The notes beneath the pieces are model-generated. The model had not been told where the DNA came from, did no database searches, and worked only from the letters and a program-made list of their open reading frames with translations. A program made the position numbers and the translations under genes. 64,000 bases of DNA. It comes from Mobula hypostoma (Eukaryota). This document shows positions 1 through 13,451 of the stretch, one piece after another. The stretch spans positions 68,202,001 through 68,266,000 of the forward strand of contig NC_086108.1 in NCBI RefSeq assembly GCF_963921235.1, written 5' to 3'. The number at the start of each line of letters is the position of its first letter. Positions within the stretch are counted from its first letter, which is position 1.

Positions 1-850
1 AAATATATTTCCTCCAATGATAATGGCTCATTGAGTTTTGCTTTGAGATCAGGAGAAAGCGAAGGAATATTTAAACTATTTAAGAAATACTCACCAGAAA
101 TGCTATCATTTAAAGATTCAGAGGAATATAGTCGAGAATAATAATTCTTGGATGTATCATTAATTTCAGAATGATTCAAAGTAATGTTCCCATTTCCCAT
201 TCGAATTTTAGTAATTTGTTGTTTAGCTTTAGAGCGTCTTAGTTGATTGACTAAAAATTTACCAGATTTATCACCATGAATATAAAACCCGCTCTTACTT
301 TCGAGAAGTTGGCATTCAATTGGATGAGTGCAAATAAGGTCAAACTTAGTTTGAAGTTCCACTCGCTTCTTGTACAGTTCCGGATTTTTGGTCTGAGCAT
401 ATAGTTGGTCGGTTGCTTTTATTTGACTGACCAGATCTAATTGCACTGTATAGGTCTTTCTTTTTAAATTCACAGTATATGAAATTATTTGACCCCTTAG
501 ATACGCTTTCATGGCATCCCAGACAACCTGAGTTAAGGTTTCAGATGACATGTTAATATCTAAAAAAAGTTATTTGGTCCTTCGTAAATTTTATAAAATC
601 ATTATCTGACAACAGGGTCAGATTAAAATGCCAGTGTTTATACATTTGAGGGAGACAAGGAAAAAATATGGACAGGGTAACTGGGGCATGATCTGAAATC
701 AATATACTCTGATAATCACAAGTGCAGACAGATGGAATCAGCAGATTATCGATTAAAAAATAATCGATTCTAGTAAAAGTATGATGGATATGAAAAAAAA
801 TCTCTCTCACTTGGATGAAGAAAACGCCAAACATCAGAGATACCATAATT
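1..850 (-). mobile_element. L1-clade LINE ORF2 fragment (end of APE endonuclease plus linker), runs off the window start
   Basis: ORF 553..846 has TRIDYFL..SDHAPV..WHFNLTLL; further along the minus strand VVWDAMKAYLRG and FYIHGDKSGK, typical L1/Tx1 ORF2 motifs; frame is broken. Confidence 0.85.
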
Positions 851-859
851 AGAAAGGAA

Positions 860-1460
860 AGACTGAATAGGCCTTTTGGCCCATCAAGTCCATGCTGATT
901 ATTAATCTGCCCAGAACCAATGCACCTGCAACATAGCCCTCCATACCCCTCCCATCAATATACTTAGCCAAACTTCTCTTAAGTTTCGAAATGGAACCCA
1001 CATCCACCACTTACTCTGACAGCTTGTCCCACACTCTCACCACTCTCTGAGTGAAGAAGTTCCCCCTCATGTTCCCCTTAAATATTTTAATAGTCATCCT
1101 TAACCCATGACTTATAGTTCTAGTTTCACCCTATGCCAGTGGAAAAAGCCTGCTTGCACTTACCCAATCTACACCACACCTAATGTACAGCTCTATCAAA
1201 TCTCTACTCATTCACCTGTGCTCTAGGAAATAAAGTCCTAGCCTGTTCAACATTTCCCTAGAAGAAAGTCATAGCCTGTTCAATATTTCCCTAGAAGTTA
1301 GGTCCTCAGGTCCCAACTTGTAAAGTCTCTTTCAATCTTATTGATAACTTCTCTGTACGTAGGTGACCCAGAACTGGACAGAATACTCCAAATTAAACCT
1401 TATGCAAAAACCGCAAACATCTTACACAAACTTCCACATAACATCCCAGTTCCTGTACTC
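860..1460 (-). mobile_element. Degraded CR1 LINE 3' fragment
   Basis: Reverse-complement similarity to the CR1 3' region at about 5800-6360. Confidence 0.75.
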
Positions 1461-1935
1461 AATACTTCTATACAATAGAAAGTTCTAAAATAGAAAATAG
1501 ACGCCAATTTGGAAAGCTATTAACTAATTATGGTTATTTTTAATCGCATAATTTTTCAAGGCAATTGGATATTCAGATAAAAGCTTCCAAAGCATGAGGG
1601 GTGGCAGTTTCACAGTCAGAATCAGGTTAATTATTACTGACAGATGTCGTAAAATGTGTTGTTTTGCAGCAGCAGTCCCCCTTAAATGTGTGTCTTGAGG
1701 AGTGGTTCCTTCAATTGTGAATTGGCTTCCCATCTGATCCTAAAATGGAGCATTAAAACAGATGAGCATTTTGGTCCAGGGTTGTATTTAGAAGTTCACA
1801 AAGGATTGTGATCTTCAATTGTAAGATTAATGCAATGGTACAGGTGAACTTCATCAAATGCTGCCATGTCTGGAAAGCTGTAATACACTAATGTAAACTC
1901 CAGTGGAATATCAGGCTGGAACTCAGCACTATGGC

Positions 1936-3872
1936 TATAAGGCCATAAGATCATAAGACAGAGGAGCAGAATCAGGCCATCTGGCCCATCAAGTCTGCAG
2001 CACCATTCCATCATGGTTGATTTATTATCCCTCTCAACCACATTCTCCTGCCTTCTCCCCATAAACTTTGACACCCTACAAGAACCTATCAACCTCTACT
2101 TTAAATATAACAAATCACTCAGCCTCCATAGCCATCTATGCCAATGAGTTTCACAGATCCACCACCCTCTGGCTAAAGAAATTCTTTTCATCTCCATTCT
2201 AACTAAATATCCTTCTATTCTGAGATATGCCCTCTGGTCCTAGACTCACCCATTGCAGGAAACATCCTGTCCACGTCCAGACTGTCTAAGCCTTTCAATA
2301 TTCAATAGGTTTTAGTGAGATTCCCCCTCGTTCTTCCACAGTCCAGCAAGTATAGGCCCAGAGCCACCAAACACTTCTCCTACTTTAACCCTTTCATTCC
2401 TTGGATCACTCTCATAAACCCTCTCCTAGGCCAGCAGATCCTTTCTCAGATAAGGGGCCCAAAACTGCTCATCATATTCCAAGTGCAGTCTGACCAATGC
2501 CTTTTACAGCATTGGCATTACATCCTTGCTTTTATATTCTAATCTTCTTGAAATGAATGTTAACATCGTGTTTGCTTTCCTTACTACCAACTCAACCTGC
2601 AAGTAGTTAATTTTTAGGGAGTCCTGCATGAGAACTCCAAGTCCTATTGTACCCCTGATTTTTGAATTTGATCCCCATTTAGAAAAAATTCTATGCTTTC
2701 ATTCATTCTGCCAAAAAGAACGACCATACACTTCCCTACACTGTATTCCATATGCTTCTTTGCCCATTCTCCTAATCTGTCTAAATTCTTCTGCAGACTT
2801 CCTGTTTCCCCCACCTCACATCTATCTTTATCCTCTACAAACTTGGATACAAACCCATCAATTCCTTCATCAAGATCATTGAGATTCTGACCTCTGTTGA
2901 ACACCACTATCTGCAAATGATCCCTTTATTGCCACTCTTTGCCACTTGTCAGTCAACCAATCTTCTATCCATTTCAGCATCTTTCCTGTAATAGCATGTG
3001 TCCTTCTCTTGCTTAGCAGCCTCATGTGTGGGCACCTTATCAAAGGCTTTCTGTAAATTCAAGTAAACAACATCCACTGACTCTCCTTTGTCTATTCTGC
3101 CTGTTATTTCCTCAAAGAATTCCAAATGATTTGTTAGGCAAGATTTCCTCTGAAGGAAACCATACTGATTTCGCTCTATTTTATCATATGCCTCCAGGTA
3201 CATTGAAACCTTATCCTTCTCAATGGACTCAAACGTCTTCCCAATCACTGAAGTCAAGCTACCTCGCCTATAATTTCCTCTCTTTTGCCTCCATCCTTTC
3301 TTAAAGAGTGGAGTGACATTTCCAATTTTTCAGTCCTCCTGAACCATTCTAGAAGCTAGTGATTCTTGAAAAATCATGACTAAGGCCTTCACAATCTCTT
3401 CAGCTACCTCTTTCAGAACCCTAGATGTAGTCCATCTGATCCAGGTGACTTATCTACCTTCAGACCTTTCAGTTTCCCAAGCACCATCTCCTTAGTAATC
3501 ACAACTACATTCACTTCTGTCTCCTGACACTCTTGAATTTCACAGTGTGTCTTCCACAGTGAAAACTGATAGAAAATAACTGTTTAGTTTGCCCTGTCAT
3601 TTCTTTTCCCCATTACCACCTATCCAGCATCATTTTCCAATGGTTCTTTATCTACTCTTGCTTCTTTATATATCCGGGAAAAAAACTCTTGGTAACCTCT
3701 TTTATATTTCTGGCTAGCTTACCTTCATATTTCATCTTTTCTCTCCTTATTGTTTTTTATTCGCCTTCTGTCGGCTTTTAAATACTCCCAGTTCTCTAGC
3801 TTCCTGCTAATTTTTGCTTTATTAGAAGTACATGCCCTCTCTTTTGTTTATGTGCTGTCTTTAACATCCCTT
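1936..3872 (-). mobile_element. CR1 LINE, 5'-truncated and degraded (RT plus 3' end)
   Basis: ORF 2949..3257 (QYGFLQRKSCLTNHLEFFEE..VDVVYLNLQKAFDKVP); short ccataaga-type tail repeats near 1936-1960. Confidence 0.9.
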
Positions 3873-3879
3873 GCAATAG

Positions 3880-4155
3880 AACACTCTGATGGCAGAAATA
3901 TATTGGCCTGATTTGAAGTGCAGTTTTTCTGGGGCGGCTTCTAAGCTTTTAGTATACAAACAGCAACTCAGTAAAGGAGGCTGCTAAGGTTCTTGTGGAG
4001 CTAAACAAGGTTTCGCTCCCAGATGAGCTCAATGCCTTTTATGCTGGCTTTGACCTTCAAAACATGGAGGCACCTTCATGAACTACCACAACCCCTGATA
4101 ATCCTGTGATTTCAGCTTCTGAGGCCAACTTGAGAGCTCCTTTCATGAGGGTGAG
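3880..4155 (+). mobile_element. Rex1/Babar-like LINE internal fragment
   Basis: Translates to LPDELNAFYAGFD, a motif I associate with the region preceding the RT in Rex1-like ORFs. Confidence 0.5.
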
Positions 4156-4157
4156 CT

Positions 4158-4482
4158 TACTTCTTTTCACCTGCCTATCACCTTCCCCTGGGAACCTTCC
4201 TCCTTCCCTTTCTCCTATGGTCCACTATTCTCTCCTGTCAGATTCCTTCCTCTCTAGCCTTTTTCCTTTCCTAGCCACCTAGCTTCACCTATCCGCCTTC
4301 TGGCTGTTCGACTTCCCCTCCCTCCACCTGTTTAATCTGTTGTCTTCCTCCTCCCTTTCCAGTCCTGAAGAAGGATCTTGGCCTGAAACATTGACTATTT
4401 ATTCATTTCCTGACCTGCTGAGATCCACCAGAATTTTGTGTGTGTTGCTTTGGATTTCCAACACCTGCAGAATTTCTCGTGT
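4158..4482 (+). mobile_element. Penelope-like element 3' UTR/pseudo-LTR fragment
   Basis: Pyrimidine-rich tract homologous to the sequence after the GIY-YIG ORF at 9410-9690, followed by a hammerhead-like motif. Confidence 0.75.
4361..4396 (+). ncRNA. Degenerate minimal hammerhead ribozyme motif (Penelope pLTR)
   Basis: agtc-CTGAAGA-agg atcttgg cct-GAAA-catt-gact: stem I, core, stem II and GAAA present; cleavage triplet mutated. Confidence 0.65.
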
Positions 4483-4516
4483 GAATGCATCATTTATTAT
4501 GTGTTCATGTGTTCAT

Positions 4517-6365
4517 CTTGGCAGTCAAAGTGAAGGATAATCCAAAGAGCTTTTACAGGTATATTAAGAGCAAAAGGATTGTAAGGGATAAAATTGGTCC
4601 TCTTGAAGATCAGAGTGGTCGGCTATGTGCAGAACCAAAGGAAATGGGGGAGATCTTAAATAGGCTTTTTGAGTCTCTATTTACTAAGGAAACTGGCATG
4701 AAGTCTATGGAATTGAGGGAATCAAGCAGTGAGATCATGGAAACTGTACAGATTGAAAAGGAGGAGGTGCTTGCTGTCTTGAGGAAAATTAAAGTGGATA
4801 AATCCCCGGGACCTGACAGAGTGTTCCCTCGGACCTTGAAGGAGACTAGTGTTGATATTGCGGGGGCCCTGGCAGAAATATTTAAATGTCGCTGTCTACA
4901 GGTGAGGTGCCAAAGGATTGGAGAGTGGCTCATGTTGTTCTGTTGTTTAAAAAAGGATTGAAAAATAATCCGGGAAATTATAGGCCGGTGAGTTTAACGT
5001 CGGTAGTAGGTAAGTTATTGGAGGGAGTACTAAGAGACAGAATCTACAAGCATTTGGATAGACAGGGACTTAATAGGGAGAGTCAACATGGCTTTGTGCG
5101 TGGTAGGTCATGTTTGACCAATCTATTGGATTTTTTCGAGGAGGTTACCAGGAAAGTAGATGAAGGGAAGGCAGTGGATATTGTCTACATGGATTTCAGT
5201 AAGGCCTTTGACAAGGTCCCGCATGGGAGGTTAGTTAGGAAAATACAGTCGCTAGGTATACATGGAGAGGTGGTAAATTGGATTAGACATTGGCTCAATG
5301 GAAGAAGCCAAAGAGTGGTGGTAGAGAATTGCTTCTCTGAGTGGAGGCCTGTGACTAGTGGTGTGCCACAGGGATCAGTGCTGGGTCCATTGTTATTTGT
5401 CATCTATATCAATGATCTGGATGATAATGTGGTAAATTGGATCGGCAAATTTGCTGGTGATACAAAGATTGGAGGTGTAGTAGACAGTGAGGAAAGTTTT
5501 CAGAGCCTGCAGAGGGACTTGGACCAGCTGGAAAAATGGGCTGGAAAATGGCAGATGGAGTTTTATACAGACAAGTGTGAGGTATTGCATGTTGGAAGGA
5601 CAAACCAAGGTAGAACCTACAGGGTTAATGGTAAGGCACTGAGGAGTGCAGTGGAACAGAGGGATCTGGGAATACAGATACAAAATTCCCTAAAAGTGGC
5701 GTCACAAGTAGATAGGGTCGTAAAGAGAGCTTTTGGTACATTGGCCTTTATTAATCAAAGTATTAAGTATAAGAGCTGGAATGTTATGATGAGGTTGTAT
5801 AAGGTATTGGTGAGGCCGAATCTGGAGTATTGTGTTCAGTTTTGGTCACCAAATTACAGGAAGGATATAAATAAGGTTGAAAGAGTGCAGAGAAGGTTTA
5901 CAAGGATGTTGCCAGGACTTGAAAAACTCAGTTACAGAGGAAGGTTGAATAGGTTAGGACTTTATTCCCTGGAGCGTAGAAGAATGAGGGGAGATTTGAT
6001 AGAGGTATATAAAATTATGATGGGTATAGATAGAGTGAATGCAAGCAGGCTTTTTCCACTGAGGCAAGGGGAGAAAAAAACCAGAGGACATGGGTTAAGG
6101 GTGAGGGGGGAGAAGTTTAAAGGGAACATTAGGGGGGGCTTCTTCACACAGAGAGTGGTGGGAGTATGGAATGTGCTGCCAGATGAGGTGGTAAATGCAG
6201 GTTCTTTTTTAACATTTAAGAATAAATTGGACAGATACATGGATGGGAGGTGTATGGAGGGATATGGTCTGTGTGCAGGTCAGTGGGACTAGGCAGAAAA
6301 TGGTTCAGCACAGCCAAGAAGGGCCAAAAGACCTGTTTCTGTGCTGTAGTTTCTATGGTTTCTAT
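4517..6365 (+). mobile_element. Young 5'-truncated CR1 LINE
   Basis: ORFs 4485..4961 and 4886..6292 are one frameshifted ORF2; 3' tail ttctatggtttctat. Confidence 0.95.
4886..6292 (+). pseudogene. CR1 ORF2 reverse transcriptase (468 aa open), catalytic FADD changed to FAGD
   Basis: NYRPVSLTS, QHGF, MDFSKAFDKVPH, GVPQGSVLGPLLF, KFAGDTK. Confidence 0.92.
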
Positions 6366-6367
6366 AA

Positions 6368-8272
6368 AATCCATGAACAATCAGTGAAGAATGACGCAAA
6401 ATGCTCATTTAGTTTATCTGCCATCTCCTTGGCCGTTATTATTTCTCCGGCCTCATTTTCTAGCGGCTCTACATCCACTCTCTTCTCTCTTTTAATTTTT
6501 ATATATTTGAAAAAGTTTTTCTATTCACTTTGGTTTTGTTTGCTAGCCTGCTTTCATATTTCATCTTTTCCCTCTAATGATTCCTTTAGTTGCTTTCTGT
6601 GGGTTTTTTAAAGCTTCCCAATCCTCTGTCTCCCACTCATTTTTGCTTTGTGTATGCCCTCTCTTTTGTTTTTACACTAGCTTTGGCTTCCTTTGTCAGC
6701 CGCGGTTTGTAATATTTTGCCATTTAAGTATTTCTTTGTTTTTGCAATACATCTATCCTGCTCCTTCCTCATTTTTCCCAGAAACTCATGCCATTGCTAC
6801 TCTGCTGTCATCCCTCCAGCATTTCATTCCAATTTACTTTGCTCAGCTTTTCTCACATACTATTCCTTTCCACCACTGAAATACTGCTACATCAGACCTT
6901 ACTTTCTCTCTATCGAATTTCAAGTTGAACTCAACCATATTGTGATCACGGTTTCCTAAGAGTTCCTTTACCTTAAGCTCCCTAATTGCCTCCGGTTCAT
7001 TGCATAACATCCAATCCAGTATAGCTGATCTCCTAGTAGGCTCAATGACAAATTCCTCTAAAAAGCCATCTCATAGGCATTCAACAAACTCACTCTCTTG
7101 AGATCCATTACCAACCTGATTTTCCCACTCTACCTGCATGTTAAAATCTCCCATGACTATCATAACATTACCCCATTGACACGCCTTTTCTATTTCCCTT
7201 TGTACTCTGTAGTCCACATCCCAGCTACTGTTTGGAAGCCTGTATATAAATGCCATCAGGGTCCTTGTAGTTTCTTATCTCAACTGACAACCTGCCCACT
7301 CTGCCTACCTTCCTACCCTTTTGATACAATGTGTAACCTTGGACATTCAGCTCCTAACTACAACCATCCTTCAGCCACGATTCAGTGATGACCACAACAT
7401 CATTCCCAACAATCTGTAAAAGTACAAGATCGTCCACCTTATTTCTTATATTCCGTTCTTTGAGGTATATCACTTTGAGTACTGTATTTGCTACCCTTTT
7501 TGGTTCTGCATCACTAATTCACTGATGCTCACCCTACTGGCTGCAATTTTGTCCTATCATCTGCCTGCCCTTCCTGATATTCCGACTGCATGCTATCTTT
7601 GCTTTTTTTTACCATCCATTCTATCCTGACTGTCTTCACTCCAGTTCCCATCACAATGCCAAATTAGTTTAAACCCTCCCCAACAACCCTAAGAAACCTC
7701 CCCCACAAGAATATTGGTCCCCCTCAGGTTCAGGTGCAACCCATTCCTTTTGTACAAGCTGTACCTCCCCCAGAAGAGATCACAATGACTCAAGTACCTG
7801 AAGTCCTACCCCCTGCACCAGCTTCTCAGCCATGCACTTATCTGCCAAATCATCCTGTTTCTACCCTCACTGGCACGTGGCACAGGTAGTAATCCAGAAA
7901 TTACTACCCTGGTGTCTTGCTTCTCAGATTTCTGCCTAGCTCTCTAAATTCTCTCTTCAGGAGTTCTTTGCTTTTCCTTCCTATGTCATTGGTACCAATA
8001 TTTACCAAGACATCTGGCTGCTCTCCTTCCCCCTCCAAAATGCTGTGGACATTATTCAAGACGTCCCTGACTCTGGGAGGCAACATTCCATCCAGGTGTC
8101 CTGTTCATGTTCACAGAATCTCCTGTCTGTTCCTTTGACTATTGAGTCCCTGTCACTCCTGCTCCCCCTTTCCCTTCTGCACCATGGACCCATGCTCAAT
8201 TCCAGTCACCTGGTCTCTGTGGCATTCCCCTGGGAAGTCATCCTCCACAAGAGTATCCAAAACTGTATACTT
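6368..8272 (-). mobile_element. CR1 fragment: ORF1 esterase end, APE endonuclease and linker
   Basis: ORF 7904..8086 (VNIGTNDIG) and ORF 7071..7256 (IYRLPNS..MGDFN). Confidence 0.88.
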
Positions 8273-8999
8273 ATGATATGCGTTACGTGTGCTGTGCACT
8301 ATGTGCAATTGTCCGCACTACGTTTTGCACCTTGGCCCCAGAGGAACACTGCTTCGTTTGGCTGTATTCATGTGAATGGTTGAATGACAATTAAGTTTCA
8401 ACTTAATAATACAGTAATCATGAGGGTCTTTAATCTGCATATAGACAGGCAATAAAAGAGTGAAGGGGAAATTCATGCAATGTTTCAAAGCAGTTTCAAG
8501 ATCAGTATGCTGAAGAACAAAAGAGGCAATGAGCTATTTTAGATCCAGAGTCATGCACGATGAAGGAATTATTAATAATTTTCTAGTTAAGGGGCCTTTA
8601 GCAAAGAATGAGTATAACATGAGAGAATTCCATACAAACACTGTACGTGATTTATTTAAATCTGAAACAAAGGGATTAAATCTAAAGAAAGCAAACCACT
8701 ATGGTATAAGGCATGAAGTACTTAAAGGTACTATTTATTCATTTAATAAAGGGGAAGTATAATTTTAAAAAAATGACTCCAACTTCCTGGACCAAGCGTT
8801 TAAAAAATAATATATAATTTACAAATACAAAAACCTGACAAGACTATGGTCCATTCGTGAAGGAAACATGAAGAATTATGTTCTTTGTCTCAGGAAGTAT
8901 GAAGATTAAGTTGATACTGAAGGAAACAATTTTTAATATTGCTTAAAAAGAGCAATCAGCTTAAGCACAAGAGATTGTAAAGATGCCTGGAAGTCCAGA

Positions 9000-9690
9000 G
9001 CAACACTTATCCATGCAAGTGGCAGAAGTGCTACACCTGCCCATTCACCTCCTCTCTCACCTCCATTAAGGGCCCCAGACAGTCCTTCCAGGCGAAGCAA
9101 AACTTCACCTGCCAATTTGTTCAGGGCCGTCTACTATATCCAATGCTCCCATTGAGGCCTCCTGTACATTGGTGAAACCTGACATAGATTGGGGGATCGC
9201 TCTGAGCACCTTCACAACATCCTCAAAAGGCAGGATTTCCCAGTGGCCAACCATTTTAACTCCATTCCCCATTCTCACTCTGGCATGTTGGTCCATGGCC
9301 GTCTCTTCTGTCACAATGAGGCCATATTCAGGAAGGAGAAGCAACACCTCATATTCTGTAAAGGTAGCCTCCAACCTCATTGCATGAACACTGATTTCTC
9401 CATCTTCTGGTAATTTCCCCCCTCCCCATTCCCTCTTTTTCAATTCTCCACTCTTACCTCCTCGCATCCCTGCCTATCACCTCCACGTGGTGCCCTTCCT
9501 CTTTCCCTTTCTCCCATGGTCCACTCTTCTCTTCTGTTAGACTCCTTCTCCAGCCCTTTACCTTTTCTCCATATCATCTCTCAGCTTCTTACTTCATCCT
9601 CCCTCCCCGACCCAGCTGGCTTCACCTATCGCTGTGTAGTTTGGTGTCTTTCCCCCTCCCCCACCACCTTATTTTGGCATCCTCCCCCTT
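9000..9690 (+). mobile_element. Penelope-like element: GIY-YIG endonuclease remnant plus pyrimidine-rich 3' UTR
   Basis: VYYIQCSH*GLLYIGET*HRLGDR and PVANHFNS..QHLIF..GSLQPHCMNTDFS. Confidence 0.85.
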
Positions 9691-9759
9691 ACAGAAATAT
9701 ACTAGAAACAAGATAAATTTTATCAGTTATATATAATGAGTCAAGAAAACCAAAGTACC

Positions 9760-9870
9760 GAGAGCAACACATGCAAAATGCTGGAGGAACTCAGCAGGCC
9801 AGGCAGCATCTATGAGAAAAAGGTACAGTCGACATTTTGGGCTGAATCTCTTCAGCAGGACTGGAGAAAA
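9760..9870 (-). repeat. Inverted Penelope pLTR piece with degenerate hammerhead (9826-9863)
   Basis: Minus strand cagtc-CTGCTGA-agagattcagccc-AAAA-tgtc-gactg. Confidence 0.7.
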
Positions 9871-10244
9871 ATACCTAGAAATTGAATTCAACTTGCTCTG
9901 ATGTACTAAATTAGTGCTAAATTTAGCCTTCCTATCCAATTGTGAGAGTTGAAAAAATAAATTGCTAAGTTAGTAAAATTTGTCTTTCTAAAATCATAGG
10001 AGTGTTTTGCTTTTTCTCACTTTGCTTCATTACACTCATGTATTCAAACAGCAGCAATATAGACAACATATACAGCAGAATGAGGCCATCATTGAAATGA
10101 AGGAAAATGGAGGAGATTGTGAAATGCAGCCCACATCAAATGTAGCGAAAAGTTCCAGTAGTGCTCTCTCACACAGAAATAATCTGCACAAGCAGCACTG
10201 TGAACAGACAGGCATAAACAGAAAGCAAAGCATCTGTGTCTCAC

Positions 10245-10345
10245 AGAGCAACACACTCAAAAGCATATGCTGGAGGAACTCAGCATGTCAAGCAGGAAAT
10301 GAATAAACAGTCGACGTTTTGGGCGGAGACCCTTCTTCAGGACAG
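10245..10345 (-). repeat. Penelope pLTR piece with hammerhead-like motif (10308-10345)
   Basis: Minus strand ctgtc-CTGAAGA-agggtctccgccc-AAAA-cgtc-gactg. Confidence 0.7.
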
Positions 10346-12171
10346 CATCTCACTGAGGGCATCTTAAATCACATCAAGTTGGTGACTTGGTCCACAATTT
10401 GTTCCTTGTTTTCAGAGAAAACCAGAGTTTGTAGATTGCACTTCATTAATGCCATATGTGCTTGTAATTCTGAGTATCATGTGCATTGATGGCATCACCA
10501 TGTTCTTGAATGATGCTGATAAGACAACACTCCTCTAGGATAAATCACAATAATATATTACAAATTCCATACCTAGTGGGCCTTCCACCAGGATTTATTG
10601 CAATTGCTCTAAAATATGCGCAAATATATTTTATGTGCAATTTACACCTAAAAAGACAAATTCACCTAATTTCCAGATTAAGTAAGTTTATTAATTTTGT
10701 CATGTGCATATTCAAACAGTTGGATAATTAACCACTGTAAATCTGCAGTTTTTTGCAACATTACTACCATTTGGGAGTTCACAGAAGGGCCTTTTCTTGT
10801 ACACCCTAATTACTGCATGTTCAGGTGTTGCATCAATTCATTTGGCCCATGAGTAATGTCAGGTCAGAGAACAAGCTTCAGGCTTCAAACTTTTAATCTG
10901 CCTCCATTATCTCTTATCAAGGTGAAACCACAGGGGAGCAGGGTTTCTGGCAGAGCTGTGATGAGTGAGGAAGCAGCTTATCTATAAAACATATTAATCA
11001 ACTCCAGGCACATTTACAAAGCTAACTTCTGTCTGGACTCCCTGACGCCTAACAAATGGATTCTCTGTCTCTTGGTTCATTCAAATGCCTTTCAGGAAAA
11101 GACATCACCATAATAATTACTGACATTACTGATGCAATTGTAAATTGTTGATAGGGAGCTGTTAGAAAAGCAGAGCATTCTGGGACAGAATGCTATAGAC
11201 TCCCAATATGAATGTCTAATGTGTATAGAAGGAAACCATAAGAAACCAGAATATGATAATGCTTATTCTTGAAATAACTGTTTTAGGAACATAGTGATTT
11301 TATTCCCTCCAACTGTTCCAAACTACAGATTCAGCCAAGTAACCTTAAAAAATGACCTAGTAAACCTGTGACAGACGATGAAGATGTCAACTCTTGATAC
11401 CTTTCAGCAACCTGAAATCTGATATTTATTAAGATCTTTGTTGCAACATACATAACCCTTAGAAAAGTATAAAGAAAATAAATGTATTTGTTAAGTGGGA
11501 TAATTGATCAACAATTTTAAGTATGAATTTGTATTAAGTAGAAAAGAGTGTATACTACATTATCCACTTACTTTTTAAAACACCAATGGTAATCAGTGTA
11601 TGTTCAAAAAATCAGCCGCTATGGTTACTGTTATACAAATTTCTTGAAGTGTTAATGACATCTCATAATATTGGAGGAAATATAATTTCTATTACCATTT
11701 CTTGAAATGCTTTCAAATTCATCAGTAGAATCTCTCATGAAATAATACCAAGAGGTTAGTAAGAGGATAAAATCAGTGAAGCAAGCTAAATTAACTTACC
11801 ATATTCCGTCTTCTTAGTTTCCATATTATTTATGTTAACAATTTATTGAAGGATGTCTGGAAGTATAATGAAATTGTAGCAAGTATAATCTCTCTGTGCT
11901 CAAAATTTGTAATTTTTAATATTGTTTTCTCAGTGATAAAAGTATAGTTTCAATTATCAAGCTCTGGTACTGCCTTTTTCAGTATTTTTATTGGTAAAAG
12001 CAATTATTTATATTAAGGCTCTCCATCCTTTCTAAGTTCATCTTTGTACCTTTACATGGATGATTTTAACAACCAGATGATGGCTTTCAAAACATCTTCA
12101 ATTATATTAACTTGTCAGTAACTCAAAAGAGCCCAAAGCACAGAAATGGCATGAACCATCCTCTCATTCTA

Positions 12172-13087
12172 CAGTGCCTACAAACCCTCTTGGAATTTCT
12201 CATGGTTTATTCTTTTACCACATTGAATCACGGTGGATTTCATTTGGCTTTTTTTGACACAATCAATAAAAAAAGACTCTGGCAAACTCTAATCAAGGTT
12301 TCATTTGAGTTTTTTTTCCCAACAGTGGCTTTCTCTTTTCCACTGTCCCATAAAGCTGCACCTGGTGAAGCACCAGGGCAACAATTGTATGTGCAGTCTC
12401 TCCCATTTCCGACACTGAAGCTTGTAACTCCTCCAGCATTATCATAGATCTCTTGGTGACCACCCTCACTAGTCCCCTTCTTGCACAGTCACTCAGTTTT
12501 TGAAGACAGCCTGCTCTAGGCAGATTTACAGCTGTGCCATATTCTTTCCATTTCTTGATGATTGATTTAACTGTGCTCCAAGTGATATTCAGCAACTTGG
12601 AAACTTTCTTGTATCCATCTCCTGACTTGTGCTTTTCAATAACCTTTTCACGGAAGTGCTTAGAGTGTTCTTTTGTCTTCATGATGTAGTTTTTGCCAGG
12701 ATACTAACTCATCAGCAGTTGGACTTTCCAAGTACAGGTGTATTTTTACTACAATCAATTAAAAGACCTCAACTGCAGACACATCTTCAAAAACAGATCT
12801 CCATTTAACTAATGCTGTAACTTCTAAAACCAATTGTCTACACTAGTGATAATTTGGTGTGTCATTTTAAAGAGAGTGAATATTTATGTTATCAATTATT
12901 TTGTTTCATATTTGTAATTAATTTAGATCACTTTATAGAGATCTGTTTTTACTCTGACATGAAAGAGCCTTTTTCTGTTGATTAATGTCAAAAAAACCAA
13001 ATTAAGTCATTGTTAATCAATGTTGTAAAATAATAAAGCATGAAGACTTCCAAGGTTGGGGAGGGTGAATATTTTTTATAGGCACTG
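12172..13087 (-). mobile_element. Internally deleted Tc1-family DNA transposon
   Basis: TA|CAGTGCCTA...TAGGCACTG|TA termini, imperfect inverted repeats over about 110 bp, transposase N-terminus inside. Confidence 0.93.
12293..12682 (-). pseudogene. Tc1 transposase N-terminal paired-like HTH domain; DDE domain deleted
   Basis: MKTKEHSKHFREKVIEKHKSGDGYKKVSKLLNITWSTVKSIIKKWKEYG...KRKPLL. Confidence 0.9.
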
Positions 13088-13089
13088 TA

Positions 13090-13445
13090 ACCAATGTTCA
13101 TAATTTTTACACCATTGAGAGTGTTCTGACCAGCTATATCACTGTCTGGTACAGGAGTTGCAAGACGGCTGACCGTAAGTCCCTACAAAGGACTGTGAGG
13201 GCTGCTGAGAGGATCATTGGGGTCTCTCTTCCATCCATCAGAGGTAATTAACAGGAGCTCTGCATACACAGGTCACTTATCATTATCAATGATCCCTCCC
13301 ATTTATCAAACAACCTCTTTAACACCCTACCATCAGGCAGGAGGCACCTTAGCATTAAGACAAAAACTGTTAGGATGGGAAACATCTTCTTCCCCTAGAG
13401 TCGTGAAACTACTGAATTCACTGCCACCATTCCAATCTCATCACA
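13090..13445 (+). mobile_element. Rex1/Babar-like LINE 3' fragment
   Basis: Similar to 13850-14190. Confidence 0.65.
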
Positions 13446-13451
13446 TTTGAG

